A stretch of 64,000 nucleotides of DNA from Paraspadella gotoi (Eukaryota; Animalia; Chaetognatha). Where the stretch lies: contig JBJCIZ010000239.1 in the NCBI GenBank assembly GCA_051294375.1, forward strand, positions 6,619,545-6,683,544, in the 5' to 3' direction. The notes beneath the pieces are model-generated. The model was given only the letters and a program-made list of their open reading frames with translations, was not told the DNA's origin and ran no database searches. Of this stretch, positions 39,570-53,100 are shown piece after piece (within the stretch, counting starts at the first letter, position 1; each line of letters starts with the position of its first letter). A program made the translations under genes and the position numbers.

Positions 39570-41464
39570 CTCTTTTCTCTCTCTCTCTCTCTCACTCTCT
39601 CACCCTCGACAAGCTTGGGTTTGGGGGCACCGCGTTCGGATCATTTGGATTAAGATATTTGGCGCAGAGTTCCTTCCAAAACGCGTGTTCCTCTTTGTCT
39701 TCGATCGTTCCTTGATTGAGGCCCCGAACGAGGAATGGATATCCGGACAGAGTGAAGTCTGAAGATGAGTAAAGATAATTTCGATCCAAAGGTTGCTCCG
39801 GCAAAAAAAAAAAAAAAAACCAAAAAAGTCATCATTAGCGAAATAATTAAACAAAACAAAAAAAATAATTTCTTGCTTCAAAAAAGTCCCCAAACGCAAT
39901 GAAAGAAAGAAAACAGACAATATTTATTTGTTACATAATGGTCACATTAATGCTATCACGGCTTTTTACTTTCTACAATATTTTAGCACCACAATTCCAG
40001 GACCATAGCGACTCCAATGACCCCGACGAATTGAGCGACCCCAAGAACCCCAGTGCGCCCCCAATAATTCCAGTCTGCCCAGCCCCATCACCCGCTGGAG
40101 GAGTGGATTCGATGCTGGAGTCGTCGACTTCCTCGTCGAAACCGGGATTCTCTTTCGCAGCCTCTTCCTCTGCGGATTAATAAAAAAATTAAATTAAACC
40201 AATTGTTAAATTAACGTTATATAGTGATAATAATATATTACTTTGTTCCTTTTTCTTCAGTTCTCTCGTTCCCCAACTCTGGTCGATGATGTTGCAGACG
40301 GTGTAGACTGGGAGGAGAAGGTGCAGGGAGGGAAACGCCAAAAAATACCTGAAAATTAGAAGAAAAAAAAATCGTAGCGATGCTCTTTTGTTGGAAAAAA
40401 AAATGTTTTGTCTTTTAGTGACACCTCGCGAGATTTTCGGTTTTTAAAAAAACTAAACTTTAATACTTTAATACAGAGTTAGTAAATTTGGCTTACTTTT
40501 AAATTTAATGGAAACTTAGCGGACAGAAAAATTCTACAAAAATCAAAGAGAGACCGAGAGATGATACTTGGGAGAGAGAAAAAAGAAAGTTAGAGAGCGA
40601 GACACTCACCAAACGATGTGGGCGACGACTGGGAGATCTTTGACGTGCAGGACGGCGGCGAGGAGGACGACGCCGAGGAAGATGAGGAAGAGTAGGATCG
40701 TGAAATGCCCCGGCTGTGTGTGGGGATTGTTGTGTGGGGGGAGTGGGTTGGGGGAGTGTGTTGGGGGGAGCGGGTGAGAGAGAGTGTGTAAACGCGATGG
40801 GAAGATGGTTAGAGATTGGAGGCGGTGGGAGGAGACGGAAGTTCTCGCGTTTATAACTATAAATCTATTTTATGTAGTAGTATCTACTAACTTAGACCCG
40901 ATTTCATTGGCTGCGCACGATTTATATCTAGTTTTTAAGTTAGTATTTATTTTTACTCACAAGGAATGACGTCCTTCATGAAATAGACGGCGCCACCGAT
41001 CACCATGACTGTGGCCAGCAGAATGAAAAAAATGGAGAGGTATAACGAGAAACGAATCTGAATAAGAATTTAAAGAGAGAGTTAACAAAAAGTTTGTCAT
41101 CCGTATTAAAAATATAGTCACTACGACTATATCGTAATATATAATTATTGAGATTACAAAAAAATACTATACGAGAAATCAGACACTTTAATGGAACCAG
41201 TCGATTCGACTTACTTGAAATTTAGGAGAAGCGCAGACGCAGACAAAAACGTACAATAGAATAATAAGCACGAGTCCTATCATTGTAAACTTGTAATTTA
41301 TGTAACCGCGAGAAGCTGCCTCGAGGCCGCCTGGAGAAGAAAAAAAGTGGCGAAAATTGTTGAAAAAAATCTAAATTATCGTTTTCCCAAAAAAAAAATT
41401 ACCTGCCAAGAGACATATCGTGAAGGATGGCGTCAACAACCCTGCAAAATAGTGGGGAAGGAGT

Positions 41465-41554
<90 letters not shown>

Positions 41555-44500
41555 GAGAGAACGAGAGAGAGAGAAGGAAGGAGAGAGATGGTAATTTATT
41601 TATCGCTTTTATCAATAGCACAGCAGTAGCAATCAAAAGCAGCTGTAGCAACAGCGGCGGCAATTGACGGTATATGCACTTTATGCAGCTCTCGATATCT
41701 GCAGTAGAAATGAAGAGCATAAACACTTTTATCGACAGTCTACTGCATAAAATTCATTAACAGTCTTAGCTATTGACAGCAGAGATTGCGATCAACTGCA
41801 GAAGAAACAAACAACAGTAAACAGCAATCGTGCAACAAAAGTCATCAACAGCTCCAACAATAATTGGCAAACCATCATTTAAGGTAAAACTCAGAACCAA
41901 CAATAATTGACAATATTAGCACAAATTGACAGTGGCATAACCAATCGACGGGAGCCGCAGCGACTGACAGCGGCGCGCAGCAGCGTGTCATATTAACTTG
42001 CCTGAGATAAAGAGGACAAAGAGGAGAACGATGTAGCCGAAGGAGACGGTGTCGTTCTGCCGACAGAGGCGCCACCCGTTGCGGAAGACGGCGATCATGT
42101 TGCCCACCTCGGACATGATCCACCGACGACGCTGCTTGACGAACTCCTTGAAGGATTCCGGGCAGAAGGTCGTGTTGACGCAGAGGGACGTGTAGTCCAG
42201 TTTCCAGCTGGATGTACAGTCGTCGTCGTCGTTGTTTGGGAGAAAAAGAGTGGGTTTTTTGGGGGGAGAATTAGGATAAAGTAAAGTGAAAGGGAAACAA
42301 ATGAGTAACTAATGAGATAATAAATAATGAAAAAAGAAATAATTAAAGGAAAAAAGAAGAAAATAATAAAAAAGAAAAAATTAAAAAACAAGGAAAGCAA
42401 GAAAAAATAAAGAAAAAAAGAAAGAAAGAAAGAAAGAAAGAAATAAAGAAAGAAGGAAAGAAAGAAATAAAGAAAAAAAAAAAGACCTCAGTCCTAACTA
42501 AAATAAATAAATAAAATACCATTGCATACTGAACTCGGGTAAAAGAAAAAAACCTCCCCGCTGCATTAGTTTCCCTTACCTCGTCGAGCGAAAGAGCCAC
42601 TTACCCTTTGAGCATCATGAGCGTGCAGAGCCATCGATCTTCTCCCATGTCCTTTAGGAAAGTCTCGAAGGGTCGACTCACTTCCGTCGAGTATGTGGAG
42701 ACGACCTCGCGCAGAGCGGAAGCTCGGTAGAGGGAGAAGCACCCGGGGCAGCAGAGCACAGCCCCGAGGACTTGCTGGGCACTCTTCAGCAGCCAGAATT
42801 CTTTCGAGGGGGGGGGGAACAGTGGAGATAAAAGCTCTTTCTTCTCCGAGAGTGACCTTCTCTATTTCATAATGACTGAACTTAATTTTAAGCGGATTTT
42901 GCAAACCTACCACTTTAGGTGTCTTATGGATATATTTGGATATACTTTAAGATTTTATAGTTTTCAGAGATGGCATTTTTTTATTTTCTTTCTCATACTT
43001 TCTGGCCTACTGTGTGACTTACACTGTGAGCTATATATCTTGATTTATTCAGTCTTAATTTAAAACTAAAGTTAAATATTTCGTTGTTAAACAAAAAGAA
43101 ATAATTGTACAATTTCAAATCAAATTTCATTTCAAATCAACTGAAAAGATAACGAAAATACACTAAAACCGAATATAATATCGAATAATCGAATATCGGA
43201 TATCAAATACTAATTTCTCACAAAATCATAAACTAAATCCTAACCCTTAATCCCTAACCGCAATTACTAATCTTGTTCTCTTACCTTAATCCCTAACCCT
43301 TATCACTTACCTAATCACTAAGGCGGGCCAAAATTGAACACTTTTTATAACTTTTAATTCTCTCAAAAAAATTCCTTTTTTCCTTCTATTACTAAATCGA
43401 TTTTCAATGCAACTTTTTGAATTAGTTCATTGGGTTGTTGCACTGAAGCTTTTAAATATTTATTAATATATAACAAATGACAAAATTTTTTTTTTTAAAA
43501 ATTAGTTTTTAAGAACGGATTCCTATAGAGCTTGAAAAGTTAAATGAAAGTTAGTACTACAATTTTTAAAAATTTTGACAAGAAATTGGTTAAAAACAGA
43601 AAAAACGTTAAAAAATCATCATCATCATCATTGGCTGAATTTTATAGTTTTTTAAAATTTTTATCAATAAAACAACAAAATTTTAAAATTTGTATTAATA
43701 ACCTTTATCTAACTTTTAAAGCTCTATCAGAATCCATTAAAAAAAATTGAAAAAATTCAAAAAAAATTTTTAACTTTATATAGTAATAAAATAATCTTTA
43801 AATGCTTCCGTGCGCTTATTAATAAGATAATTTTTTTAAATTATTTTTATTTTCATATTCTCTAACAGTCACTTTATCATTATTTATTTGGAGAACTTCT
43901 AGTTTTCAACCTGTTCCGGCCTACTAATCACCGCCCCCCCAAAAAAAATCCCTTACCCTTTCCGTAGTCCCACATTTGGTACCAAACGACGGGGCCGCCC
44001 TTGATGCCGATCGGGTAAGTTCGTCCGCAGACGCCGCCGACGCGACGGTCTCGCTCGAGGACTTCGACGAGCTGCTGCACGGATGAAGCTTCGAACTCCA
44101 TGTCAGCGTCTGTGGAGGCAAGGGGGAGAGATGGGGTGGGGGAGAGGGGAGAGAGAGAGAGAGCAGTTAAGGGTTAAATAGTAAGAGAGAAAGAGAGGGA
44201 GCGGTTAAGAGTAAAATGGTAAAGGGAGAGAAAGAGAGGGAGCGGTTAAGAGTAAAAGGGTAAAGGGAGAGAAAGATAGGGAGCGGTTAAGAGTAAAAGG
44301 GTAAAGGGAGAGACAGAGAGGGAGCGGTTAAGAGTAAAAGGGTAAAGGAGAGAAAGATAGGGAGCGGTTAAGAGTAAAAGGGTAAAGGGAGAGAAGAGAG
44401 GGAGCGGTTAAGGGTAAAAGGTTAATAGTAAAAGGGTAAAGGGAGAGAAAGAGAGGAGCGGTTAAGAGTAAAAGGGTAAAGGGAGAGAAAGAGAGGGAGC

Positions 44501-45923
44501 GGTTAAGAGTAAAAGGATAAAGGGAGAGAAAAGAGAGGGAGCGGTTAAGAGTAAAAGGGTAAAGAGAGAATGAGAGCGAGCGGTTAAGGGTAAAAGGTTA
44601 AAGGGAGAGAAAGAGAGGGAGCGGTTAAGAGGAAAAGAGTAAAGGGAGAGAAAGAGAGGGAGCGGTTAAGAGTAAAAGGGTAAAGGGAGAGAAAGAGAGG
44701 GAGCGGTTAAGAGTAAAAGGGTAAAGGGAGAGAAAGAGAGGGAGCGGTTATAAGTAAAAGAGTCGTAGAGAGAGAGTGAAAGCGGTTATATGGGTAAAGA
44801 GAAGAGGCAGAAGAGAGTTTGGAGAGAATAAAGTATCGGGGGGGGTGGAAAATGGACAGACGGATCGGGAAAAGTGAAAGGGAAAATGAAAACAGATGGA
44901 ATTGTTGGGGATTCAGATGCTGGAATTCAGCTGCTGGAATTCGGCTGTTGGAATTCAGCGGTCAAATTATTCTTCCTTGTAAATCTCTAAATTGTTGAAT
45001 GATTTTTTTCGCTTTGTTTAAAAATGAATATTTTTTTAATGTACATTATATCTTCCTTCTATCTTTCTATCTCTATCTCTAACTCTTTCATTTACCAGTT
45101 GATAAAACGTAAGTGTGCTCGTCGATAAGAGGATCTCCCGAAAGCTCGACATTCGTGAAGAAGGAGTGCGATTTCTGGAAAGTTTTATTTTTAATTAAAC
45201 TTAAAATGAGATTCATCAAAAATTTCAAAATTCTCTAAGATTCTCTAAGATTCATCAAAGATTCATCAATGATTCTCTAAGATTCATCAAAAATTTCAAA
45301 ATTCTCTAAGAAATTCCTAAAAATAAACCAGAAGGAAAAAAATATGCTACTTTTTTATTTATTTATATTAGGCCGTCAAAAATTTCGCCCTTCATTTTTT
45401 TTTTATTTGAATATGTCAACAATTTAAAGTTATTTAAAATCTTTTTTTTTAAATGAAAGTCGAATATATATATATATATATGTATATATTGGTTGTACCA
45501 ATTTCATAAAGGTGATCGAATGGATAGAAAGGTTAATTAATTTTTTTTATCTTAACGGTATTTGATTATATTCTTATATAAATCAATAACTCGAACCTGA
45601 AGAATATTTTTTAAAAGTGCCCAATTTTAAGTTAAATTCTGAATTAAGTAAATTATTATGCCTAAAGATAAGATTATGGGTTAAGGTTGAAGGTTAGGTT
45701 TAGGATTAAGGGTTTTGATAAGGAATATGGATTATAGGATAAGATAGAGAATTAAGATTAGAAATTGGCTTAAGATAAAGTATTAAGGTTAAAGATGAGG
45801 AACAGAAATGGGGAGCTTTCGGAAAATAGTGCCGAAAAAACCTGAGAGGAAACTTCGCTATCCGTCTCTTCGAAGCGTCGCTCGTCTGGTGCGTTGGGGT
45901 TTCCCGAAGTTCGATGGAAGAAC

Positions 45924-46012
<89 letters not shown>

Positions 46013-47920
46013 TAAAAGACAAAAGTCTGAATCGAAAACAATTAAAATAAAATATTTAAAATGGAAATCAAAAACAACCCGGTTTGCATAAATGTCAACG
46101 TCGCAGTCAGCGACGACAACAACAACAACAAGAACTGCAGCAGAAGTAGCAGTAGCACCGGCTCTCGATCTCCCGATCCCGCTCTCGTTGTCCAGCGTCT
46201 CATCCTCCTTCGTCTCCGATTCGCCCGTCGAAGACTTGACGACCTCCTTGGGCGTGGAGGGATATTCGCGGAGATACCCAAATTCCCTGGAGGGATAGAT
46301 ATTTTATTTAATAATAAATATTTATTAAACGCGCAATACAATAAAATTAAAATCAGTAAACGAAAGACAACCAAAACCTAACAAAAATACAACAAGTTTG
46401 ATCAAACAATGCCGGATCTGCCCACGATCATTAGCGATAAGCAGTTGATCAGATAATTAATTAATTAATTGATTAATAAATTTAATATTTAATTAAATTT
46501 TTTTTTATTTCACTTTGTCTCTCCTCTCAATAACAAAACAACAATCTCGATCACAACATTATTAAATAAATTAATTAATTACAAAATTAATTAGTATTTT
46601 TTTAATAATTAATTAAGGCAGCTAGAATTTACATTTAATATAAAAAGAAAAGAATAATATAGTGAAATAGATTTTTTGCTTTTTCCATTTTAACTCATTT
46701 CCACTTGGACGATTCCATTGAAACATGATTTCCAGCTCAATCACACACTTTACTACCCACATTCAAAATTTAAAGTCAATCGCTCCATCCATTCAAAACT
46801 AAGGGGGGACGGACAGACAGACAGACAGACGGACATAAAGTTTTTGGCATAATTTATTATAAGTTGATATTCTGACATAATCTAAGTGTCTTACCAACAA
46901 GATTTTGGGGTGGGACCGATGGACCGACAAAGTGGATTATAGAGCCAGAATTTGCTGTAAGCGGATCCGGCTAAAAATAGTCAGTTTTTTCTCTTTTTTA
47001 TCGGACCTCCCCTTAAAGTTACTTACTCCATACCCAACCCCCACCGCCCCGAAAACTCTCCCCCCCCTCGCCTCACTTGTCGATGAAGAAGACGTGGGCG
47101 GACGGATTATTTTTGAGCTGAAGGACGAACATCATGTACATGATTTGACTCCATCGTTTCTTCTTTTTAACGAGGGTAGAATCTTTGAGATGGACCACGA
47201 ACCCCATGGATCCCACGTTGTCCCAGCGAAGTTGGAGGCCGTACGGAGTCTCGTAGCAACGGGCGGCTGGGAAGGGGGGGACCGGGGGGTTGTGTGTGGG
47301 GGGTCGAGTGAGGGCAGACCCGCAATTTTTTTCAAAGGTACGTTTTTAGTACTATTTTCCGAAAACGCCCCATTTTTGATCTTTTCTTATCTTTTATTTT
47401 ATTAATTTGCCATTACTAGACGTTTCGTGGCAGAAATAGTACTTTAAATTAATTCGTAGTCCATAATGGGATTGCGTGTGGATAAGGTGCTAAGTCTTGG
47501 CTGTAAACTACTTATCATAAGTTCTTTGCCAACCGAGGCCGGGATTGAAACTTGGTTTTCCAATGTCAAGGACTTATTGAAGGAGACGTTCTCATATCAT
47601 AGGCTGGACGGAAATTGTCGCAATGGCCGACTACAACTACAAGCTATTAAGACAACTATTAAGACAACTATTAAGACAACTATTAAGACAACTATTAAGA
47701 CAACTATTAAGACAACTATTAAGACAACTATTAAGACAACTATTAAGACAACTACAAGACATTAAGACCATTTAGACCGGCACCTCAAAAAAATAAATAA
47801 ATAAATCAGCGGAAATCGTAAAATTTTGTTTTCAACTTCCTCTCAATTTCGAATTCTTCATTTCCAGAAGAAGTCAAAGAGCAATTTCGTCGAGAGACGC
47901 CAGCTCTCTCTCCGTCTCTC

Positions 47921-48017
<97 letters not shown>

Positions 48018-50067
48018 CCTTCGTCGTCCCCCTCTCTCTCTCTCCGCAAAAAGTCAAAGCGGTGGTTGAGTCACTCACTGATCGAAAAGGCGGTGAATCA
48101 CTCAACACACAAGTACAAAGTCAAAACGAGGTTTTCTTACAAAGACGCTGAAGTTAACGAGGGTTGTAGGCCCTGGTCAATAATTATAAATTGGTACAAC
48201 CAATGGGAAGACTTTTCCCTTCATTAAAATAAAAAAGCTGTCTCGCCTTCAGAGTTATGACGATAGTTCGTTAAGACCATTTGCTAAAAATATTTTTCGG
48301 CTTAATCAAGCAAATTAAGTTAAATTGAATATAAGTACAATAAGTATTCCCCGATCTAATACTTAAGGGAGTGGTCTTTTCATACAATTGAAATATTCTT
48401 TAAAATATTATACCACTTCATTGATAGGGAAGCCAAGTACTCTGGGTGTGAATAAACGAGACTGTGAGAGAATCTTGATTGAAAGCTTGCAGGGACCTGC
48501 TATGTCATTATCTTGTAAGAGTGATGGAGGCCTTAAACCACCAAAGCCTGTCCAAAGTCAGGGGCAAGAAAGCTTATTTATTAAATGAATGGATAGTTTT
48601 TATATTGGTTGCACCAATTTCGAGAAAATAACAAGAAATGAGATAAGCAATATGCTATTAATCCAATAAGATAAGATAATAAATTAATCCAAGAATTATC
48701 ATTATCAAACTAACTAAAAAAATCCCTAGATTCTTTCTCAATCCATCGGCCAATTGAAACAAATGGATCAATCGTGTCATTTCGATCAAATACAATAAAA
48801 TACAATTGAAACAGTTCATAAAACGTTAAACGATTTCATTGAGAGTTAGTCCAGGTTCTCTGGGAGAGAATAAACTAGACTGTACGAGATTCATTATTAA
48901 ATCCAAGCTGGATGCTAGATATTACGTATCTAAGGCCTAAACCCGTTATAGCCTGTCCAAATTCAGGACTAAGATCGCTTATTTATCGAATGAATGGATA
49001 ATTTTTTAATATTGGTCAAACAAATTTTATAACTTAAAATCTATCTATGAATAAGTTGAAGTCATCGATCGTCAACCCACCCGCCACGTCGACGTCCAGC
49101 TTTTCCGGCAAGAGATCGAGGATCTGCCGACCGAAGGCTCCGATCTCCCGCCGACGGATTCCATTGTCGACGATGATGTGCGTCTCGATTTGCACTGTGG
49201 AGGCGTAAGAGGATGTGGCCACTGTGCGGAGGGACTGGAGGGTGAGGAAGAGGGGTGAGATGTGGGGGTTATGGCCGGTTTAAAGACAGTTGGGGGATTG
49301 GAATGTGAAATGGTGAAATGTTTGAAAGACGTAGGAAAGGATGGAAAAGGTATTAAGAGAAGATAAGAGAAAATAAATAAGAGAAGATAAGAAAGAGTAG
49401 ATAAAAAAGAGAAGAGAAGATAAGAAAGAGTAGATAAGAAAGAGAAGATAAGGAAAAAATAATTGAGTCAAGATGAGAAAGAAGGAGAAGATAAGACAGA
49501 AAAGATAAGTGAGAGAAAATAGGAATGAGAGGAAGGGAAGAAGATGAGAAAGAGAAGAAAAGTAAATGAAGATAAGAAAAGAAGATAAGATATCATCACT
49601 ATCGCGTAGCTACTTGAATTCAACGTGAAGCAACCGACCTGCAGCAACCGCCGCATCTCGAAGTCAGCCTCTTGATACATCGTGGTGCAGATGAACACGC
49701 GTGGCTGAATCTCTGAGTGGTTGCGGCAAAGACTTTCCGGGGCTGGAAAGTGGAAAGAGAAAAAGGAGTGGAAAGTTGAAGGTGAAAACGTAAAAAATTG
49801 GGGAGAAAAAGGTGGAAAGTGGCAAAGTTAAAGCTTTTCACCTCGTTTAAATTAAAAATTGACTATTTACTATTTAAAAATATAAATAGTAACTAATTAA
49901 AAAGAAATCATTCAGGAATACATTACGCGATGAATCAGGGAAAACTCGCGGAATTTATTCAACTTTAATTTTAATTTAATTTTAATTCATAAGTTTTCTT
50001 TGGCGAGGAAATGGGAGGGATATTTTCCTGAGCAAATGTCAGGGGTTATGAGCGTCGTGATAGAGAG

Positions 50068-50144
<77 letters not shown>

Positions 50145-53100
50145 TCACAGGGTTTTTTTTTCTAATGACATCAGTGTATAGTCATTTACCGAAAATATAT
50201 AAAACAACAAAATAATTATTTAATAAAAACTAATAATAAAATTAATATATAAATAATAATAATAATATATAAATATAAAATGATTAAAATATCATATATA
50301 TTAAATATTTTAAAATCTAAAACTTAAAATAGTGATTTGTTGAACAAATAATTTTGAAAGTTTCATAAAAAAAATCAATATGATCACGAGTAGGCGCTTT
50401 TAACTCTCATTAAAAAAGACAGAGACAGAGACGATATGTTTCCCCCCCCCCTCAGTAGTCACCCTTGGCCGGTTTGTGCAGCTTGGCTCCGGCGATACGA
50501 TTGAGATTGGAGAAGAAGGATTGCTCGAAGGCCAAACCGTTGGTCGTCGGGAGAATGAGAAGCTCCTCTTCAGGTTTGTAGAGCCAATCGTTTCGGACGA
50601 CCATCTGGGGGGCAAGGGGGGGGGGGAAGAGGGAGATTTTGTTTGTGGTTGTCGTCGTTGTTGTCGTCGTCGATCGTCAGTGTCACTTGCCAAAAATGGA
50701 GACAACGTTATCGACAGCTATGATACTACAACTTAAACAACTACGGTTGACTACAATATCAGCGACGGAACTACGACTTTAGAAATGTCGCTACAACATC
50801 AGAAACTACCTGAAAACATCATAAATATTATCACAACAGTAGCAAGAACAACATTAGCAACGAGCTTACCAGCAACCACGACGCTTATCAGTAACGACAA
50901 CAAAATCAAAAATGTCTTAACAACCAAATCAATGACTCTAAAACATCAGTTACGACACGACAACCACAGCGAGGACGAAATACAATAGAAAGAACATTAC
51001 AAGCGCAGCCAGGACGTTTAAATTTAGTAAGGACACTACAACATTAGCAATTACAGTCCGAGCAACAACTCCTCCCCCAACCACGGCGACCTTGAGATAA
51101 AAGGCGGTGAAGAGAACCCAGACGAGGCTGCAGAAGATCGTCAAGAGATGCGAAGCGCCCGTCTCGCACTTTCCCACCAAGAGTTCCATCCCTTTAATTT
51201 AAAAGGTTTTATTGATCTTATTATTTCTTTTTAATTTCTATTATTAGAAAAATAAAAACTAATCTCAATGTTAATGAATTATATTTTTTTCCTGCGATTA
51301 TGAGAGTCATATAAACAAAACTCATTGAATGTTTAAAACTGCGTAATACATATATGCACTTTATACAATTGTACATATAGTGGCTCATTGGCATATTGGG
51401 GCCATGTTTTAGGTCATATTCATGTCGAGAAAGATGACCAACTCATAAAGTCGAGTCCTGATTTTTGTTCACTAAAATTACTGAACAATTTTTAACTTCA
51501 TTGACACCAATATGACTTGCATTTTTTTATTTTTTAATTCATATGGACAAGGAATTATATATCCAAGTTAGTTATAAAATTCTTTGCTTATAAAATATAT
51601 TTTTATTTAAAAAAAAAAGAAGACATACCGGGCACAAAGGGCGGGCAGAGACACGTCAAGGCGACGGCCACTGGAGTCGAAAGCGACACGGCGAGGACAG
51701 TTATTTTTTGTTGACATAGACCCGATCCGATTAAGCCTGAGGGACAGAGGATTAATATTAGTAATCACACGATTCTAGAAGTATCTTTATTAACTCTGTC
51801 AGATAATTGACACTGTCTCCACGAGTGAATTTTTTAGTATAAAATTCCACTTGGTTTACTATCTGAAATCCCTTTCTATTGACTTAAATATTTTCACTTA
51901 CCATGTTTATTTCGTTTTTTTTTTTAAAGCTACTACTTCTGATCTAAATTACACTTTCTGACAACGTTTCTGGAATTCTGGCTCCACTCTCGTCCAACCA
52001 ATAATTTTTGCCAAACTTTTTAAGAGAAATACTTTGTAATTTCTGTTCGGATCCCCTCAGAATAAGAGTGAAATATTTCTTGTTCATCACAATTACACCA
52101 CTCCACGTATAAATATCGTTGTTACATATCTCCAATAATAATTTGGTTCTCGAGAGCTCGATTCTAATCAGCATATCACCCCTCTCTCCTCAAAGACCTA
52201 AGACGTGAGAGAGAAACGTGGTCGACAGATGCAGACCGAAGCTGCACCAGAAGAAGAGCAGGTGCCGCTCGTCGAATCGTGGGACGAGGAGCGCCGCTTC
52301 GATCGTAGACGTCGGAACGGCGTCGCCGGCGCCGACTGCCACGCCCCACAGCGTCGCCGGCGTCGTTAAGAGTCTGGGGAAGTGAAAGGGGAGAGTCGTT
52401 GTTGAGATTGTCGCGTATTGCATGTCGTTTTGTTTTTGTTTTTTTGAAATCCCTGTCTGCTTACTTAGATGATAGTGTTATAACTATCCAATATCCATAT
52501 TGCATAATAGCCATGATAAGTACTACGTAGTATCTGGTTTACGTAATAGTTAAATCGATGAAATGGTTGAATCGATAGAAGTTGAAATAAACTATGCTAA
52601 TATTTAATAAAATAGTTAACATAAAATCATATGCTAAACTATGCTATATCACACTATAAGGTAACGATGAAAATGAAAAAAAATTAATCATAAAAATTAC
52701 CAGTGTCAACTATATTATTGAGAATATAATATAATATTTATCCAACCAGAGACAATATTCATTATCCAATAAAATGCCTTTGAAGGGACAGTAATTATTG
52801 TTATATGTTAATGACAGAACCATTCAATGTAAGCCGTCCCTGAGCTTCGGATCAGGCTGTAACACCGTGTTACAGGCGGGTTAAGCGCCCCGTCCCTCTT
52901 AACTGCTAGGCGACCACCGGGCTAGAACCCCGGACCTTTGGGTTGGGAGGCGAATGACTTGCCTCCGGCACCAATGGCCGCTGATGAACGGTTGGTGGAA
53001 TTTAGTCCACCATACCTTTTTCGTTAATCCAAACAGTTGTGGTAGTTCGTAATTGTAGAGAGAACATCTCGTTCAAGAATCAGCAGCAACTCAGACGCCA

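Noticed and set aside
48455-48500. Hammerhead in the palindrome-marked repeat (ctgtgaga-aatc/gatt-gaaa)
   Set aside because: None of the visible copies has the CTGANGA core.
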